From NCBI GenBank assembly GCA_965116025.1, contig OZ220480.1, positions 1 through 64,000 of the forward strand: a stretch of DNA of 64,000 nt, read 5' to 3'. Within the stretch, counting starts at the first letter, position 1. Each line of letters starts with the position of its first letter. The notes beneath the pieces were generated by a model. It saw only the letters and a list, made by a program, of their open reading frames with translations, did no database searches and was not told the origin of the DNA. A program made the position numbers and the translations under genes. Origin of the DNA: an uncultured candidatus Porisulfidus sp. (lineage in GTDB: Bacteria > Pseudomonadota > Gammaproteobacteria > Poriferisulfidales > Poriferisulfidaceae). Below are positions 1 through 10,300 of the stretch, one piece after another.

Positions 1-354
1 GTCAATGCCTCCGCCCGTCCCGCCAGGCACGCCCGTGAACCTATCCCAACAGCCAGGGACCCGACGCGCGAGGGCCAGAGCGCAAGACCGGCGCGATCGG
101 CCGGCATGCCAGCGGCCTTCCCAAGGGACCCACCTGAACCTTCGGTTCCAGGCCACCCCCTGGCGCGCGGCGGGCGGAGCGCATCTTCTTCATTCTCGAA
201 CACCTCTCTCGGCGCGTCCGCGCCGTATCGCGAGGCGGCCCTTTCCAGGCGCCGGCTCGCGCCAAAACCCGCTGGAAAGCTGATCCCGCGCCAAAGCGTC
301 AGGGGCGCCGCTTCTCCGGCATGTTCTAAACCGCAAAACCAACTGGAGGAAAAC

Positions 355-711
355 GTGGCTACCAAACGTTCAACAAGCAAAAAAAGAGGTACCACCAAAA
401 AGAAGGCTAGCCCCGCGAAACGGGCCGTCAAGAAAAAAACGGTGAAGAAGAAAGCTCCGGCAAGAACCGCGAAGAAGAAAGTCGTCAAGAAGAAAATGGC
501 CAAGCGCAAGACGGCCAAGAGGAAGGTCGCTAAGAAAAAGGCCGCGCCGCGCAAGACGGCGAAGAAGAAAGTCGTCAAGAAGAAAGTGGCCAAGCGCAAG
601 ACGGCCAAGAAGAAGGTCGCTAAGAAAAAGGCCGCGCCGCGCAAGACGGTGAAGAAGAAGGTCGCCAAGAAGAAAGTGACCAAGCGCAAGACGGCCAAGA
701 AGAAGAGCTGA
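355..711 (+). CDS. Histone H1-like Lys/Ala-rich DNA-binding protein
   Basis: GTG start at 355 after GGAGGA; 118 aa almost entirely K/A/R/T/V/P in repeats (KKKVVKKKVAKRKTAKKK). Confidence 0.8.
   Translation: MATKRSTSKKRGTTKKKASPAKRAVKKKTVKKKAPARTAKKKVVKKKMAKRKTAKRKVAKKKAAPRKTAKKKVVKKKVAKRKTAKKKVAKKKAAPRKTVKKKVAKKKVTKRKTAKKKS
472..705 (+). repeat. 90-bp tandem repeat, about 2.6 copies, inside the H1-like gene
   Basis: Units start at 472, 562 and 652 (aagaagaa[a/g]gtcg...); near identical. Confidence 0.9.
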
Positions 712-720
712 GCAGGACGA

Positions 721-745
721 GCCGGGCCGCCGGAGGCGGTCCGGC
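721..745. terminator. GC-rich hairpin between convergent genes
   Basis: GCCGGGCCGCC-GGA-GGCGGTCCGGC; no U-tract, so a weak call. Confidence 0.35.
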
Positions 746-781
746 CCTCCGTCACCGCGCTTCACAGGCTCGATCCCCGAG

Positions 782-2308
782 TCAGGAAGCGCGCTCCGTC
801 CGACCCAGAAAGATATCGCAGGCGGCGTTCGCCGTCTCTTCGTGATACCGATACCCCGAGGTGTCGAGAAAAGTCCGCAACGCGTCCATCTCGTTCTCCG
901 GGACCTGCATGCCCACCAGCACCCGACCATAGGCCGCTCCATGGTTACGGTAATGGAATAGGCTGATGTTCCAGCCCCGCCCCATGCTCGACAGAAAGTC
1001 CAGCAGCGCCCCGGGACGCTCCGGGAACTCGAAGCGGTACAGGACCTCGCGTCGCTCGCTGCTGGTGTGCCCGCCGACGAGATACCGCAGGTGCAGCTTG
1101 GCCGCCTCATTGTCGCTGAGATCCTGCACGCCATAGCCGCGCTCGCGCAAGCGCGCCACCCAACCCGGCTTCTCGCGCGCCGCGTCGCGAAACTTAATGC
1201 CCACGAAAATCCGGGCGGCGCGAGAATCCGCGTACCGATAGTTGAACTCGCTGATGCTGTGGTCGCCCACCGCCTCGCAGAACTGCCGGAAACTTCCGGG
1301 CCGCTCCGGGATGGTCACCGCGAACAAGCCCTCGTGCCCCTCGCCAAGCTCGGAGCGCTCCGAAACATGCCGCAGACGGTCGAAGTTGATGTTCGCCCCG
1401 CTGTTGACCGCGACCAGGGTCTGGCCGCGGGCCTCCCGAGTCTGCGCGTAGCGCTTGACGCCGGCCACCGCCAGCGCTCCGGCCGGCTCCACCAGCACCC
1501 GGGTCTCCTCGAAGATGTCCTTGATCGCCGCGCAGATCTCGTCGATGCCCACCAAAATCATCTCGTCCACGCACTCCCGCGCCAGCCGGAACGTCTCCTT
1601 CCCAACCCGCCGCACGGCCGCGCCATCCGCGAACAGGCCGACCCGCTCCAGGCGGATCCGCTCGCCACGCTCCAGCGCCCGCGTCATGGAGGGCGCGTCC
1701 TCCGGCTCCACCCCGATCACGCGCGCGCGCGGCGCCGCGTGACGCAACCAAGTTCCCATTCCGGCCAACAGGCCGCCGCCGCCCACCGGGATGAACACCG
1801 CGTCCGGAGGAGGCGCGCATTGCTCGCATATCTCGACCGCGATGGTTCCTTGTCCCGCGATCACGTCCGGGTCATCGTAAGGGTGCACGAACGCCCGCCG
1901 CTCCTCCTCGGCCCGACGCTGGGCATAGCGGCTCGCCGCGTCGTAGTCATCGCCCTCCAGCACGATGTCGCCACCCAAGGCGCGCACCGCGTTGACCTTG
2001 ATCGGCGGCGTGGTGCGCGGCATGACGATCACGGCGTCCAATCCCAGCCGGACGGCCGCCAAGGCCACGCCCTGGGCGTGGTTGCCCGCCGAGGCGGCGA
2101 TCACGCCGCGCGCGCGGCGCTCCGCGTCCAGTCCAGAAATCTTGTTGTAGGCGCCGCGCAGCTTGAACGAGAACGTCCGCTGCAGATCCTCGCGCTTAAG
2201 CCAAACCTCGCACCCGAGACGCTCCGTCAACTGGGGCGCTCGCTGCAGGGGCGTGCGCTCCGCCACGTCGTAGACCCGGGCCTGCCGGATCCGCTTCAGA
2301 TAATCCAT
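782..2308 (-). CDS. ilvA: Threonine ammonia-lyase, biosynthetic
   Basis: KREDLQ..FSFKLRGAYN PLP lysine, SAGNHAQG, C-terminal regulatory repeats (FPERPGAL). Confidence 0.97.
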   Translation of the reverse strand: MDYLKRIRQARVYDVAERTPLQRAPQLTERLGCEVWLKREDLQRTFSFKLRGAYNKISGLDAERRARGVIAASAGNHAQGVALAAVRLGLDAVIVMPRTTPPIKVNAVRALGGDIVLEGDDYDAASRYAQRRAEEERRAFVHPYDDPDVIAGQGTIAVEICEQCAPPPDAVFIPVGGGGLLAGMGTWLRHAAPRARVIGVEPEDAPSMTRALERGERIRLERVGLFADGAAVRRVGKETFRLARECVDEMILVGIDEICAAIKDIFEETRVLVEPAGALAVAGVKRYAQTREARGQTLVAVNSGANINFDRLRHVSERSELGEGHEGLFAVTIPERPGSFRQFCEAVGDHSISEFNYRYADSRAARIFVGIKFRDAAREKPGWVARLRERGYGVQDLSDNEAAKLHLRYLVGGHTSSERREVLYRFEFPERPGALLDFLSSMGRGWNISLFHYRNHGAAYGRVLVGMQVPENEMDALRTFLDTSGYRYHEETANAACDIFLGRTERAS

Positions 2309-2355
2309 CGCGCGCCGCCCCGTACCGGCGAAAGTATAATGGGAGGTCGAGGATT

Positions 2356-2667
2356 ATGCCAAAGTCTTTCCTGCCCGTCGCCACCGTATCGGAAATTCCG
2401 GCGGGCCATACGCTCCGCGTCCAGCCTCGGAAGAGCCCCATCCTGCTGGCCAACGTCGACGGCACGCTCTACGCCTGCGACGATACATGCACCCACGAGG
2501 ACTCTTCCCTGTCGCTCGGTCGCCTGGACGGGGAGTTGGTCAAATGCACCCTGCACGGCAGCCGCTTCAACGTACGCACCGGACACCCCGTCGAGGAACC
2601 GGCCGAAGAGCCCTTGCGCACCTATCCGGTCCGCGTGGAAGGGAACCGCGTGCTGGTCCTCTGCTGA
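2356..2667 (+). CDS. Rieske-type [2Fe-2S] ferredoxin
   Basis: CTHE...CTLHGSRF Rieske motifs, 103 aa. Confidence 0.92.
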   Translation: MPKSFLPVATVSEIPAGHTLRVQPRKSPILLANVDGTLYACDDTCTHEDSSLSLGRLDGELVKCTLHGSRFNVRTGHPVEEPAEEPLRTYPVRVEGNRVLVLC

Positions 2668-2678
2668 CCGGGACCGGC

Positions 2679-3425
2679 ATGGCCACCACATGGATCGAGG
2701 GCGCGGTCGTCCAAAACCAGCACTGGACCGACCAGCTGTACTCCCTCCACGTCCGGGCCCCGAACGTCGCGTTCACGGCCGGACAATTCGGCCGTCTCGC
2801 TCTCGATATCGATGGGGAGCGAATCGCGCGCCCGTACTCCTTCGTCAACCCTCCAGGCTCCGAGAACCTTGAGTTCTATTCGATCATCGTTCCGGAAGGC
2901 CCGCTGTCCTCCCGCCTGGAGGCCCTGGCGCCTGGCGACCGGGTCTGGGTCTCTTCTCAAGGAGTCGGATTCTTCACGCTCGACGAGGTGCCGAGAAGCG
3001 ACTATCTGTGGCTGCTAGCCACCGGAACCGGCCTCGGCCCCTACCTGTCGATCCTCGGCACGGCCGAGCCTTGGGCCCGGCACCGCAAGATCGCGCTGGC
3101 GCATTCCGTGCGCCACGCCCGCGAGCTGACCTACCAGGACGTCCTGCGGAAACACCGAGAGGAACGCCCGGACCAGTTCGTCTACGTGCCCCTCGTCAGC
3201 CGGGAAAAGCCCCCGAACGCTTTGCATGGGCGCATTCCCACCGCGATCGAGAACGGCCGTCTCGCGGAGCGCGCCGGTATGGATTTCGACCCCAGGCGAG
3301 CGCAGGTCATGCTGTGCGGCAACCCCGAGATGGTGCGGGACACCTCCGCCCTGCTGAGGACGATGGGACTGGCCCGCAACCGGCGCAGCGCGCCGGGGCA
3401 GATCACGACCGAAAGCTACTGGTAG
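2679..3425 (+). CDS. fpr: Ferredoxin-NADP+ reductase
   Basis: FTAGQF, RPYS, ATGTGLGPYLS, MLCGNPEMV, C-terminal ESYW; ATG at 2679. Confidence 0.93.
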   Translation: MATTWIEGAVVQNQHWTDQLYSLHVRAPNVAFTAGQFGRLALDIDGERIARPYSFVNPPGSENLEFYSIIVPEGPLSSRLEALAPGDRVWVSSQGVGFFTLDEVPRSDYLWLLATGTGLGPYLSILGTAEPWARHRKIALAHSVRHARELTYQDVLRKHREERPDQFVYVPLVSREKPPNALHGRIPTAIENGRLAERAGMDFDPRRAQVMLCGNPEMVRDTSALLRTMGLARNRRSAPGQITTESYW

Positions 3426-3437
3426 GCCGCCGCGAGC

Positions 3438-4322
3438 CTACCGGCCCGCGACCCGGTTCCGGATCTCCCCGATTCCTTCCACTCCGCATTCCACCACGTC
3501 GCCCGGCCGCAGGTATTCCGGCGGCTCGCGCGCGAACCCGACTCCGCTCGGCGTTCCAGTCGCGAGGATGTCCCCCGGTTCCAACCGCATGCCGCGCGAC
3601 AGGGTCGCGATCTGCCGCGCGATGCTGAAGATTTGATAGCGCGTGTTCGAGCGCTGCTTCTCCACGCCGTTGACCCTGCACCATAAATCCAGATCGTGCG
3701 GATCCTCAATCTCGTCGGCCGTCACGACGCACGGACCCATGGGACAGAAGCCGCTGAGGCTCTTGCCAAGGAAAAACTGCTTGTGCCGCCGCTGCAGGTC
3801 GCGGGCCGAGACGTCGTTGATCACGGTGTAGCCGAACACATGGGCGTACGCCTCGGCTTCCGGGATGCCGCGCCCGCCACAACCGATGATCACGCCTAGC
3901 TCGGCTTCCCAATCCAGCTTGTCCGACACGCTGGAATCGTAAGGAATGTCGCCGAACGGGGCGTTGACGCTGCTCGCCGCCTTGGTGAACACGATCGGGT
4001 GCCTCGGCAGGCTCGGGTCGCGCCCGAGCGACGCGGACGCCTCCTCCACATGGTCCGCGTAGTTGAGACCCATGCACATGATATTCTGCCGCGGCCGCGG
4101 GATCGGGGCCAGCAGATCGACGTGGTCGACCGGCACGAACGAATCCGCGGAAGCGGATTCGAGCGCCGCGCGCATGGCCCGCAACGCCGTCTCCCCTCCC
4201 TCGATCAGCTCCAGCATCGAGCTCGGCGACGCCACGTCGCGCGAAGCTGGAAAAAAGACCCGATCCCCCCGCAACGCGCCCAGCAACGCGCGGGACTCGC
4301 GCTCGACCGTCACCAGCCTCAT
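3438..4322 (-). CDS. Fumarylacetoacetate hydrolase family protein
   Basis: GLNYADH, LDWEAELGVIIG, NDVSARDLQ, GDILATGTPSGVG; start MRLVTV overlaps the djlA stop. Confidence 0.92.
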   Translation of the reverse strand: MRLVTVERESRALLGALRGDRVFFPASRDVASPSSMLELIEGGETALRAMRAALESASADSFVPVDHVDLLAPIPRPRQNIMCMGLNYADHVEEASASLGRDPSLPRHPIVFTKAASSVNAPFGDIPYDSSVSDKLDWEAELGVIIGCGGRGIPEAEAYAHVFGYTVINDVSARDLQRRHKQFFLGKSLSGFCPMGPCVVTADEIEDPHDLDLWCRVNGVEKQRSNTRYQIFSIARQIATLSRGMRLEPGDILATGTPSGVGFAREPPEYLRPGDVVECGVEGIGEIRNRVAGR

Positions 4323-5152
4323 CCCGACCCCCTTTTCGCCTTCTTGATGATTTGGTACGCCTTGGTGAATCGCTTGGTCCGCTCCGTCGCGAACTCCATG
4401 AACTCCTTCGGCAATCCCTTGGACGCGAGCTTGTCCGGATGAAAATCTCTCATCTTGCGAGCGTAGGCGCGCTGCGCCTCCTCCACCGAGGCCGAGCGCT
4501 CGATCTCCAGCGTGGCGTATGCCCAGTCCAGACCCTCTTGGACATCGGGCGCCGAATTCGCCTCCCGGCCTTGGCCGAGGTAGCGTTTTATGATCGCGCG
4601 AAGCCGATCCTCGGGAACTCCCAGCGCATGGCAGCAAGCGAGCAGGATACGCTCCTCCAAGGGAGAAAGCTCCCCATCCGCGCACGCCATCGCGACCTGA
4701 ATCTCCAGGAAGGTCGCGATCAGCGAGGGCTCTTTCCGGCAGGAGTGGGCCAGCTCCTCCAGACTGCCACGCGGATCGAAGTCCGGCCGAGTTCCAAGCC
4801 GGAAATGACGCACGGCGCGGCTCCGTCGCTCCGGGCTCAGCCCCAACTCCTCCATGACCGCCTCGGCGCAACGGATCTCCTCCTCCGTAACCTGGCCATC
4901 GGCCTTGGCGACGTGCCCGCTCATCGCGAACGCGACGCGCGAGAACGCCTCGCGCCGCTCGGCCAGATCGTCATCGTCCTCCATACCGCCCGCGCCAACC
5001 CATTCGAATCCACCCATCGAACTCTTTCTCGTCGTGAGCGCCGCGACCACCGCGCCCAGGATGATGCCCCAGCCCCCCAGCAAAAACGCGCCGACCACCA
5101 TGCAGAACGTCCACCAGAACATGGCGAACAGACAACCAAGAAAACCGATCAT
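4319..5152 (-). CDS. djlA: Co-chaperone DjlA (TM + TerB-like + J domain)
   Basis: N-terminal TM helices, GHVAKADGQV, C-terminal J domain FHPDKL. Confidence 0.88.
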   Translation of the reverse strand: MIGFLGCLFAMFWWTFCMVVGAFLLGGWGIILGAVVAALTTRKSSMGGFEWVGAGGMEDDDDLAERREAFSRVAFAMSGHVAKADGQVTEEEIRCAEAVMEELGLSPERRSRAVRHFRLGTRPDFDPRGSLEELAHSCRKEPSLIATFLEIQVAMACADGELSPLEERILLACCHALGVPEDRLRAIIKRYLGQGREANSAPDVQEGLDWAYATLEIERSASVEEAQRAYARKMRDFHPDKLASKGLPKEFMEFATERTKRFTKAYQIIKKAKRGSG

Positions 5153-5154
5153 TT

Positions 5155-5547
5155 CTAGTCCACGTGCCGCACGTAGCTAGGCTCGCCCTCCAAGAGCAAG
5201 CGCGCCCGGGAAGCCTCCACGCGCAACGGCTCGTCGCGCCCCTCCAACCACAAGGACAGCGCGATCGCGCCCGACACGTCCATCGGCACGCGAATCATGT
5301 CGCGCTGGACGTACAGGCCATCGTCCACTTCCGCATGCGCGATCCGGAACGGCGGAGCTGGAAACTCCCCCGAGACTCTCGGGTCGAGCGCCTCGATGGC
5401 GCCGGCTTGCGTCCACAAGGTGCGTTGCTCGGCGTTGTCCATGACCTTCTCGACGTTCGCCTCCCGAAAGCTCAACGCGACGCGGCGCTCGTCGAGGTCC
5501 AGCCGCTCGACGCGCAAGCCTCGCGGGTCCAAAACGCGATAGCTCAC
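5155..5547 (-). CDS. Hypothetical protein, 130 aa
   Basis: Fills the gap between gshA (4-bp overlap) and djlA on the same strand. Confidence 0.75.
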   Translation of the reverse strand: MSYRVLDPRGLRVERLDLDERRVALSFREANVEKVMDNAEQRTLWTQAGAIEALDPRVSGEFPAPPFRIAHAEVDDGLYVQRDMIRVPMDVSGAIALSLWLEGRDEPLRVEASRARLLLEGEPSYVRHVD

Positions 5548-7121
5548 GCCTGCGCCTCGTAGGCCGCCAAATAGTCCTCGAAGGAAACCGGCGATTCCCG
5601 CTCTTCCTCCTCAATGGCTCGTTGCCGCTCCCGAGATCGCTCGGCGACCCGGTCGAGACGGTCGAGAAGGTCTGGATCAGGCGGCCGGTTCCGGAAGAAC
5701 TCCCAATGCTCCCGCGACCGTCGCAGAGCCCATTCCACGTAGGCCTCGCCGGATTCGCGCATCGCGGAGACCATGCGTCCCGACGGCGTCCGCCCGGGGT
5801 CCCTCAACTTGGCTTCCTGCGTCTCCCACGCCCGCAGGAATTCCGCGCCACCATGGACCTCGTCCAAGAGGCCACAAACCTCCCGGACGTCTCGTAGCAG
5901 CTCGCCGGCCCAATCCTGTAAAGAAACCTCCTCTCCACGCCGCAACGTCGCTCCCGGGTCCCGTCCGTGGTGCGCGACCCGGCGCATGTTGTCGTCCGCG
6001 TCGGCCTGTTCGGACTCCGACATCTTGGGACTGTCGTCCAGAAGGCAATACAGGACCAAGGCGGTCAGGAATCGCATGGAGGCGATTCCGATACCGCAAG
6101 GCTCGAACGGATCGATATCCAGCGAGCGCAGCTCAAGGTATTCCACGCCCCTGCAGCGCAAGCCGCGCGTCGGCCTCTCGTTACCGCGCGGGACGCACTT
6201 GGGACGGACGGGACTGTAGTACTCGTTCTCGATCTGCAACTGGTTGGCGTTGAGCTGCCGGTACTCTCCGCCCGCGCGCCGGACGCCGATCTTTCGATAC
6301 CTGGGACAGGGCGTGGACGTGGCCGCGCGCAAGCTTTCGATGTAGCCTTTCCGACTATTGTAGTCGGCCCGAACGCCAGCGCTGACCTCCTGGCTGTTCT
6401 GGTAGCCGATGCTGCCCTGTCGCAAGGAGGTCGCATAAGGACCGTAATACGTCCCCGGAGTGAACATCTCGAGACTCTCGTGCTTCTGAAGGACGAACGA
6501 ACGACAGATCGCGGGAGACGCGCCGAACAGGTACGCGACCAGCCAGCCGAACCGTAGCAGATTGCGCACGCCATCGAAATAGCGCTCGGAAATCCGGTCC
6601 GGGTCCGCCCACTCGCCGAACTCTAGCCGCCAAAATCCCGCGGGCACCGAGCAGTTGAAGTGCACGCCTGATATCACCTGCATTGAACGAGTGTACCGAT
6701 AGCCTAGCCCGCGCCGGTACACGGTCTTCATGCGGCCCGGGTTGGATTCCCCGTAATACGCCAACGGGATGTCCGGATCCCCCGCGATCACGCAAGGCAT
6801 GCTCCCGCACCACAGCCGCTCTGGGCCCAGGTGGACGTGGACGTAGCGGTGCAGATCGGCCAGAAAAGCGTGGGTCTCCTCCAATGCGGCTGGCGGAGTG
6901 ACCAGTTCGATCATCACCTCCGAATAGTCCGTGGTGATGTGAGGGTGGGTCAGCGGCGAGCCCAAGGCGGTCGGATGCGGTTTTCGGCTTAACGCCGCGT
7001 CCTCGTCCACGCGCAGGGCCTCCCGCTCCAACCCAACCCGGATATCCCGGAAGATATCTCGATCCGTCGATTCGCGCCACGAGTCGAGGCGTCGCCGAAA
7101 AAAGGAAGGGTTCAAGGACAT
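5544..7121 (-). CDS. gshA: Glutamate--cysteine ligase
   Basis: GLEREALRV, HITTDYSE, MQVISGVHFN, LQIENEYYSPVRPK, GVEYLELRSLD. Confidence 0.96.
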   Translation of the reverse strand: MSLNPSFFRRRLDSWRESTDRDIFRDIRVGLEREALRVDEDAALSRKPHPTALGSPLTHPHITTDYSEVMIELVTPPAALEETHAFLADLHRYVHVHLGPERLWCGSMPCVIAGDPDIPLAYYGESNPGRMKTVYRRGLGYRYTRSMQVISGVHFNCSVPAGFWRLEFGEWADPDRISERYFDGVRNLLRFGWLVAYLFGASPAICRSFVLQKHESLEMFTPGTYYGPYATSLRQGSIGYQNSQEVSAGVRADYNSRKGYIESLRAATSTPCPRYRKIGVRRAGGEYRQLNANQLQIENEYYSPVRPKCVPRGNERPTRGLRCRGVEYLELRSLDIDPFEPCGIGIASMRFLTALVLYCLLDDSPKMSESEQADADDNMRRVAHHGRDPGATLRRGEEVSLQDWAGELLRDVREVCGLLDEVHGGAEFLRAWETQEAKLRDPGRTPSGRMVSAMRESGEAYVEWALRRSREHWEFFRNRPPDPDLLDRLDRVAERSRERQRAIEEEERESPVSFEDYLAAYEAQA

Positions 7122-7206
7122 GACGACCCTAGCGGCATCATGGAAGTCATGCCGTGGGGGACGCGCGAGCGCGTCCTTCTCCGAGAGCGACCGAATTCCG
7201 GTCGGA

Positions 7207-7287
7207 TTACTTGATGCGCATGGCGATCTGCATGATCACCACGGCGAGAACGGTGGCGCCGATCGCCATCCAAGCCCATCCACTCAT
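7207..7287 (-). CDS. Putative 26-aa membrane peptide MSGWAWMAIGATVLAVVIMQIAMRIK
   Basis: Purine-rich SD GGAGAGGAAG before ATG, TACAAT -10-like box at 7331-7336, single hydrophobic helix; below the ORF-track cutoff. Confidence 0.55.
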   Translation of the reverse strand: MSGWAWMAIGATVLAVVIMQIAMRIK

Positions 7288-7385
7288 ATCGTTCTTCCTC
7301 TCCAGGTGCGCGAAACGTTAGGACGGCGGTATTGTACCGCAACCGACGCGCCGCTCGCTGTCCAACGTAGCACTTCGCCCAAGGA

Positions 7386-10300
7386 CTATTCTCCGGCGCC
7401 GAATACCGATTCGTAAGTATCCGAATCGCCAAAAGGCTCGGGCAGGCTCGCGACGATACGGCTGGTTTCCACACTGACATGCACAATCCTCTGAACTGAC
7501 GCGATAAATTCCTCCATGCTATCGAACCAGCCGTTGGGGTCATTGACGATGCCGCTCTTCTTGTCTTGGGTGACGCGGTAGCGGTCTACAAACCATTCAA
7601 GCGGCGTTCGCCCATTGACTTGATAAAGGTGCGCCTCCGCAGGGATTCCAGAAAGCCGGAGATGGTCGTTGACAACGAGAGTGGTCCTGTCCGGGCCATC
7701 AAGTTTCATGGTGTGCTCGCCGAGTGAAAAACCCCTTTCCCCCTCACGTGTGACCTGTAAAGGATATTCTTGGCAAGTCTCGTAATTGAGGTGGAGCTCC
7801 GCCAACTGGTTACCAGCTTTGGCAAAAGCGTGAAAGTTCGGCGCGAAAGGAATGCGCGGAAGCTCCTTAACCAGATCATTGATGAAACACTCGCGATACT
7901 CGGGCGCATGGAGCACGCCATAGACATAATCGAAAATCATGTCTTTATCGATAGCGTCATCTCCGTAATGGTCTCGAAAAAACCGCAAGGAAGTATCGGT
8001 AATATTGTCGACACAATTCCGGGCCTGTTTCGCGAGCGCTTGATCGAACCGGTAACGAGGAAAACATTGACAGGCCGATATCAGCCCCAAATCTGGCATC
8101 GCGTTGACCATGAGGGCGGAAAATGGGCTACTTGACCCGATTCCCGGTACGCAAATCGCACGGTTTTCTGTTTCCGAGGAAGGGAAAATATTCGCCATCC
8201 GATATTTCCTCTGCACAAGGGAATATTCAACGTAACAATTCTGTTTTACAAAAGGTCGATACTGAGTTTTCCAGATTTTCGCCTCGGAATAGGATATCGG
8301 TCCACCATTCTTTAGAGTTGTTTTCAGACCTGGATCCCAACGAATATGTACTGAATGGCGTTTGACAATGTCACCAAGCGCACTTGCGTCAAGCCGCACA
8401 TCAGGACCCCCACCAGACATCTGGAGAGTTTTATTCCTATCTCGCAGTGCATTTCTGTAATCCTTGATCATCGCTTTGGCATTGGCAGCGCATGCTCTGC
8501 GGGAAAAATTGTAGATCCAGGCATCGCGGCCCGTTTTAAGACCGTTGCTGAACAGTCGGAATATTGCATCGTCCGTCTTCCCCGCTTTCACTACCCCCGA
8601 TCCTATGGGACACAGTTTCTGAAAATCCTCATTACGTTTTCCCACCCAGTCGTTATGCCGGTCTGGCACGATGACTTCCCAGTACTCTATGCCAAAGGTA
8701 GATTGCCAATCACGCAACTTTTTAAGTTTGTCCTCGCGGGTGAGATAGTCCCCGATATCGCGATACAGGATGCGGCAACCTTCATATGCCGCGTTCGGAT
8801 TCTTCACGAGCACCATGATCGCTACCGAAGCTCGGGAGCCCTGGCCGAAAATATTGTCTCCTTCTGAGCGCCTTCGTTCACCTTGTACACGAGCGTTGCC
8901 ACGCAAATTCAGCACATATATGGACGTAAACTCCTCCGCCAAACAGGCTCGTACACCGGAGTCGACGTTGCTGTGAATATAAGAGCCGTTGGTGACGAAG
9001 GCTACAATTCCACGTTCGCTGATACGGTCCGATGCCCAGCGGATCGCCATTTTGTAAGTATCGTATAGACGGTTTTTGTTCTGAGACGTATCCGTCGAAT
9101 TAACATAAGTCTCTGCAATTCGTCTTTTCATCTCTGGGTAATCCACATTTGGATTGTCGTCAGCGGCATTTTTTTGACCTGCCGACCAAGGTGGATTTCC
9201 AACGATGACTTGGATCGGCGATTTCTGCTGACGTTCTGCCCTTTTGCTATTTTCCGGTAACCAATCTTTCGGAAAGCCCTTCCGCTGGGTATGAAGATTA
9301 AAGGTATCGGTGAGCACTATGCCATTGAACGGCTCATAAACATCTTCATCGCCAATCCGCCCATGAAATGCCTCTTCAATGTGGATCGCCGCAATGTAGT
9401 ACGCGAGCAGAATTATCTCGTTGGCATGCAACTCTTTCTGATACTTGCGGCGCAGATCCGCGTCCTTGATCAATTCCGTTTGCAGAAGCCGAACGAGGAA
9501 AATACCGGTACCCGTAAAAGGATCAAGGACGCGGATACCTTCATCGCTCAACTTACACCTGAATTCGTCACGCAACACCTTGTCAGCACTTGTCAGAATG
9601 AAATCCACGACCTCGACCGGGGTATAGACGATACCGAGCCGTTCCGCATCTTTTTTCATCGCCTTGGCGAAAAAGTGCTCATACAGGTCCATCAGCACGC
9701 TCTGGCGAGCGGCACTATTGTCCAAGCCACGGGCGCGTCGCCGCACACTTTCATAGAAGCGTTCCAAATCACGAGTTTCGTTTTCTAAACCAAACTCACC
9801 GAAATCACCCCGCAACATGTCGAGCGAACGCGCCACCGGGTTTTTCTTGGCGAAATCGTAACTTTCGAACAGAGCTTCAAAGACCGGTCGCGTCAGGATA
9901 TGTTGAGCCATCATGCCGATGGCACTATCCGTGGTGATCGATTCATTAATCGACACTTTCAACTCCTCATGGAACGCTGTGAACCACTCGCGCAAAGATT
10001 CAGAGTTTTCAAGCAATCTTTTGATTCGATCTACGAGACGAGAAAATATGTCCGCCACATCCTCGGCCCAGTTTTCCCAATACTTGCGATCTCCGCACCG
10101 ATCAACGATCTTGGCAAAAATTACGGCGGGAGGTAAATCGATTGGTGGAAACGGCAGGCCAGATATCTGCCCGTTCCCATTTCCCCCACCAAAAATAATC
10201 CGGTTGGTTGGGTTTTTGTTGAGATCGATCTGATTGATCTCGGCATCAAATCGGTCATCATGCGAACGCAGGGCCCGCAACACGTCCCACACTGGCGCGA

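Noticed and set aside
472-705. Repeats as a CRISPR array
   Set aside because: Contiguous in-frame coding repeats without unique spacers; no cas genes and no array seen in the window
1067-2872. 601-aa + strand ORF, and similar long shadow ORFs (25083-26453, 36513-37613, 58029-59834)
   Set aside because: Antisense to well-supported genes; expected in GC-rich DNA; no motifs
4323-4871. N-terminal extension of the FAH-family ORF (477 aa)
   Set aside because: Overlaps djlA in another frame; the real start is at 4322
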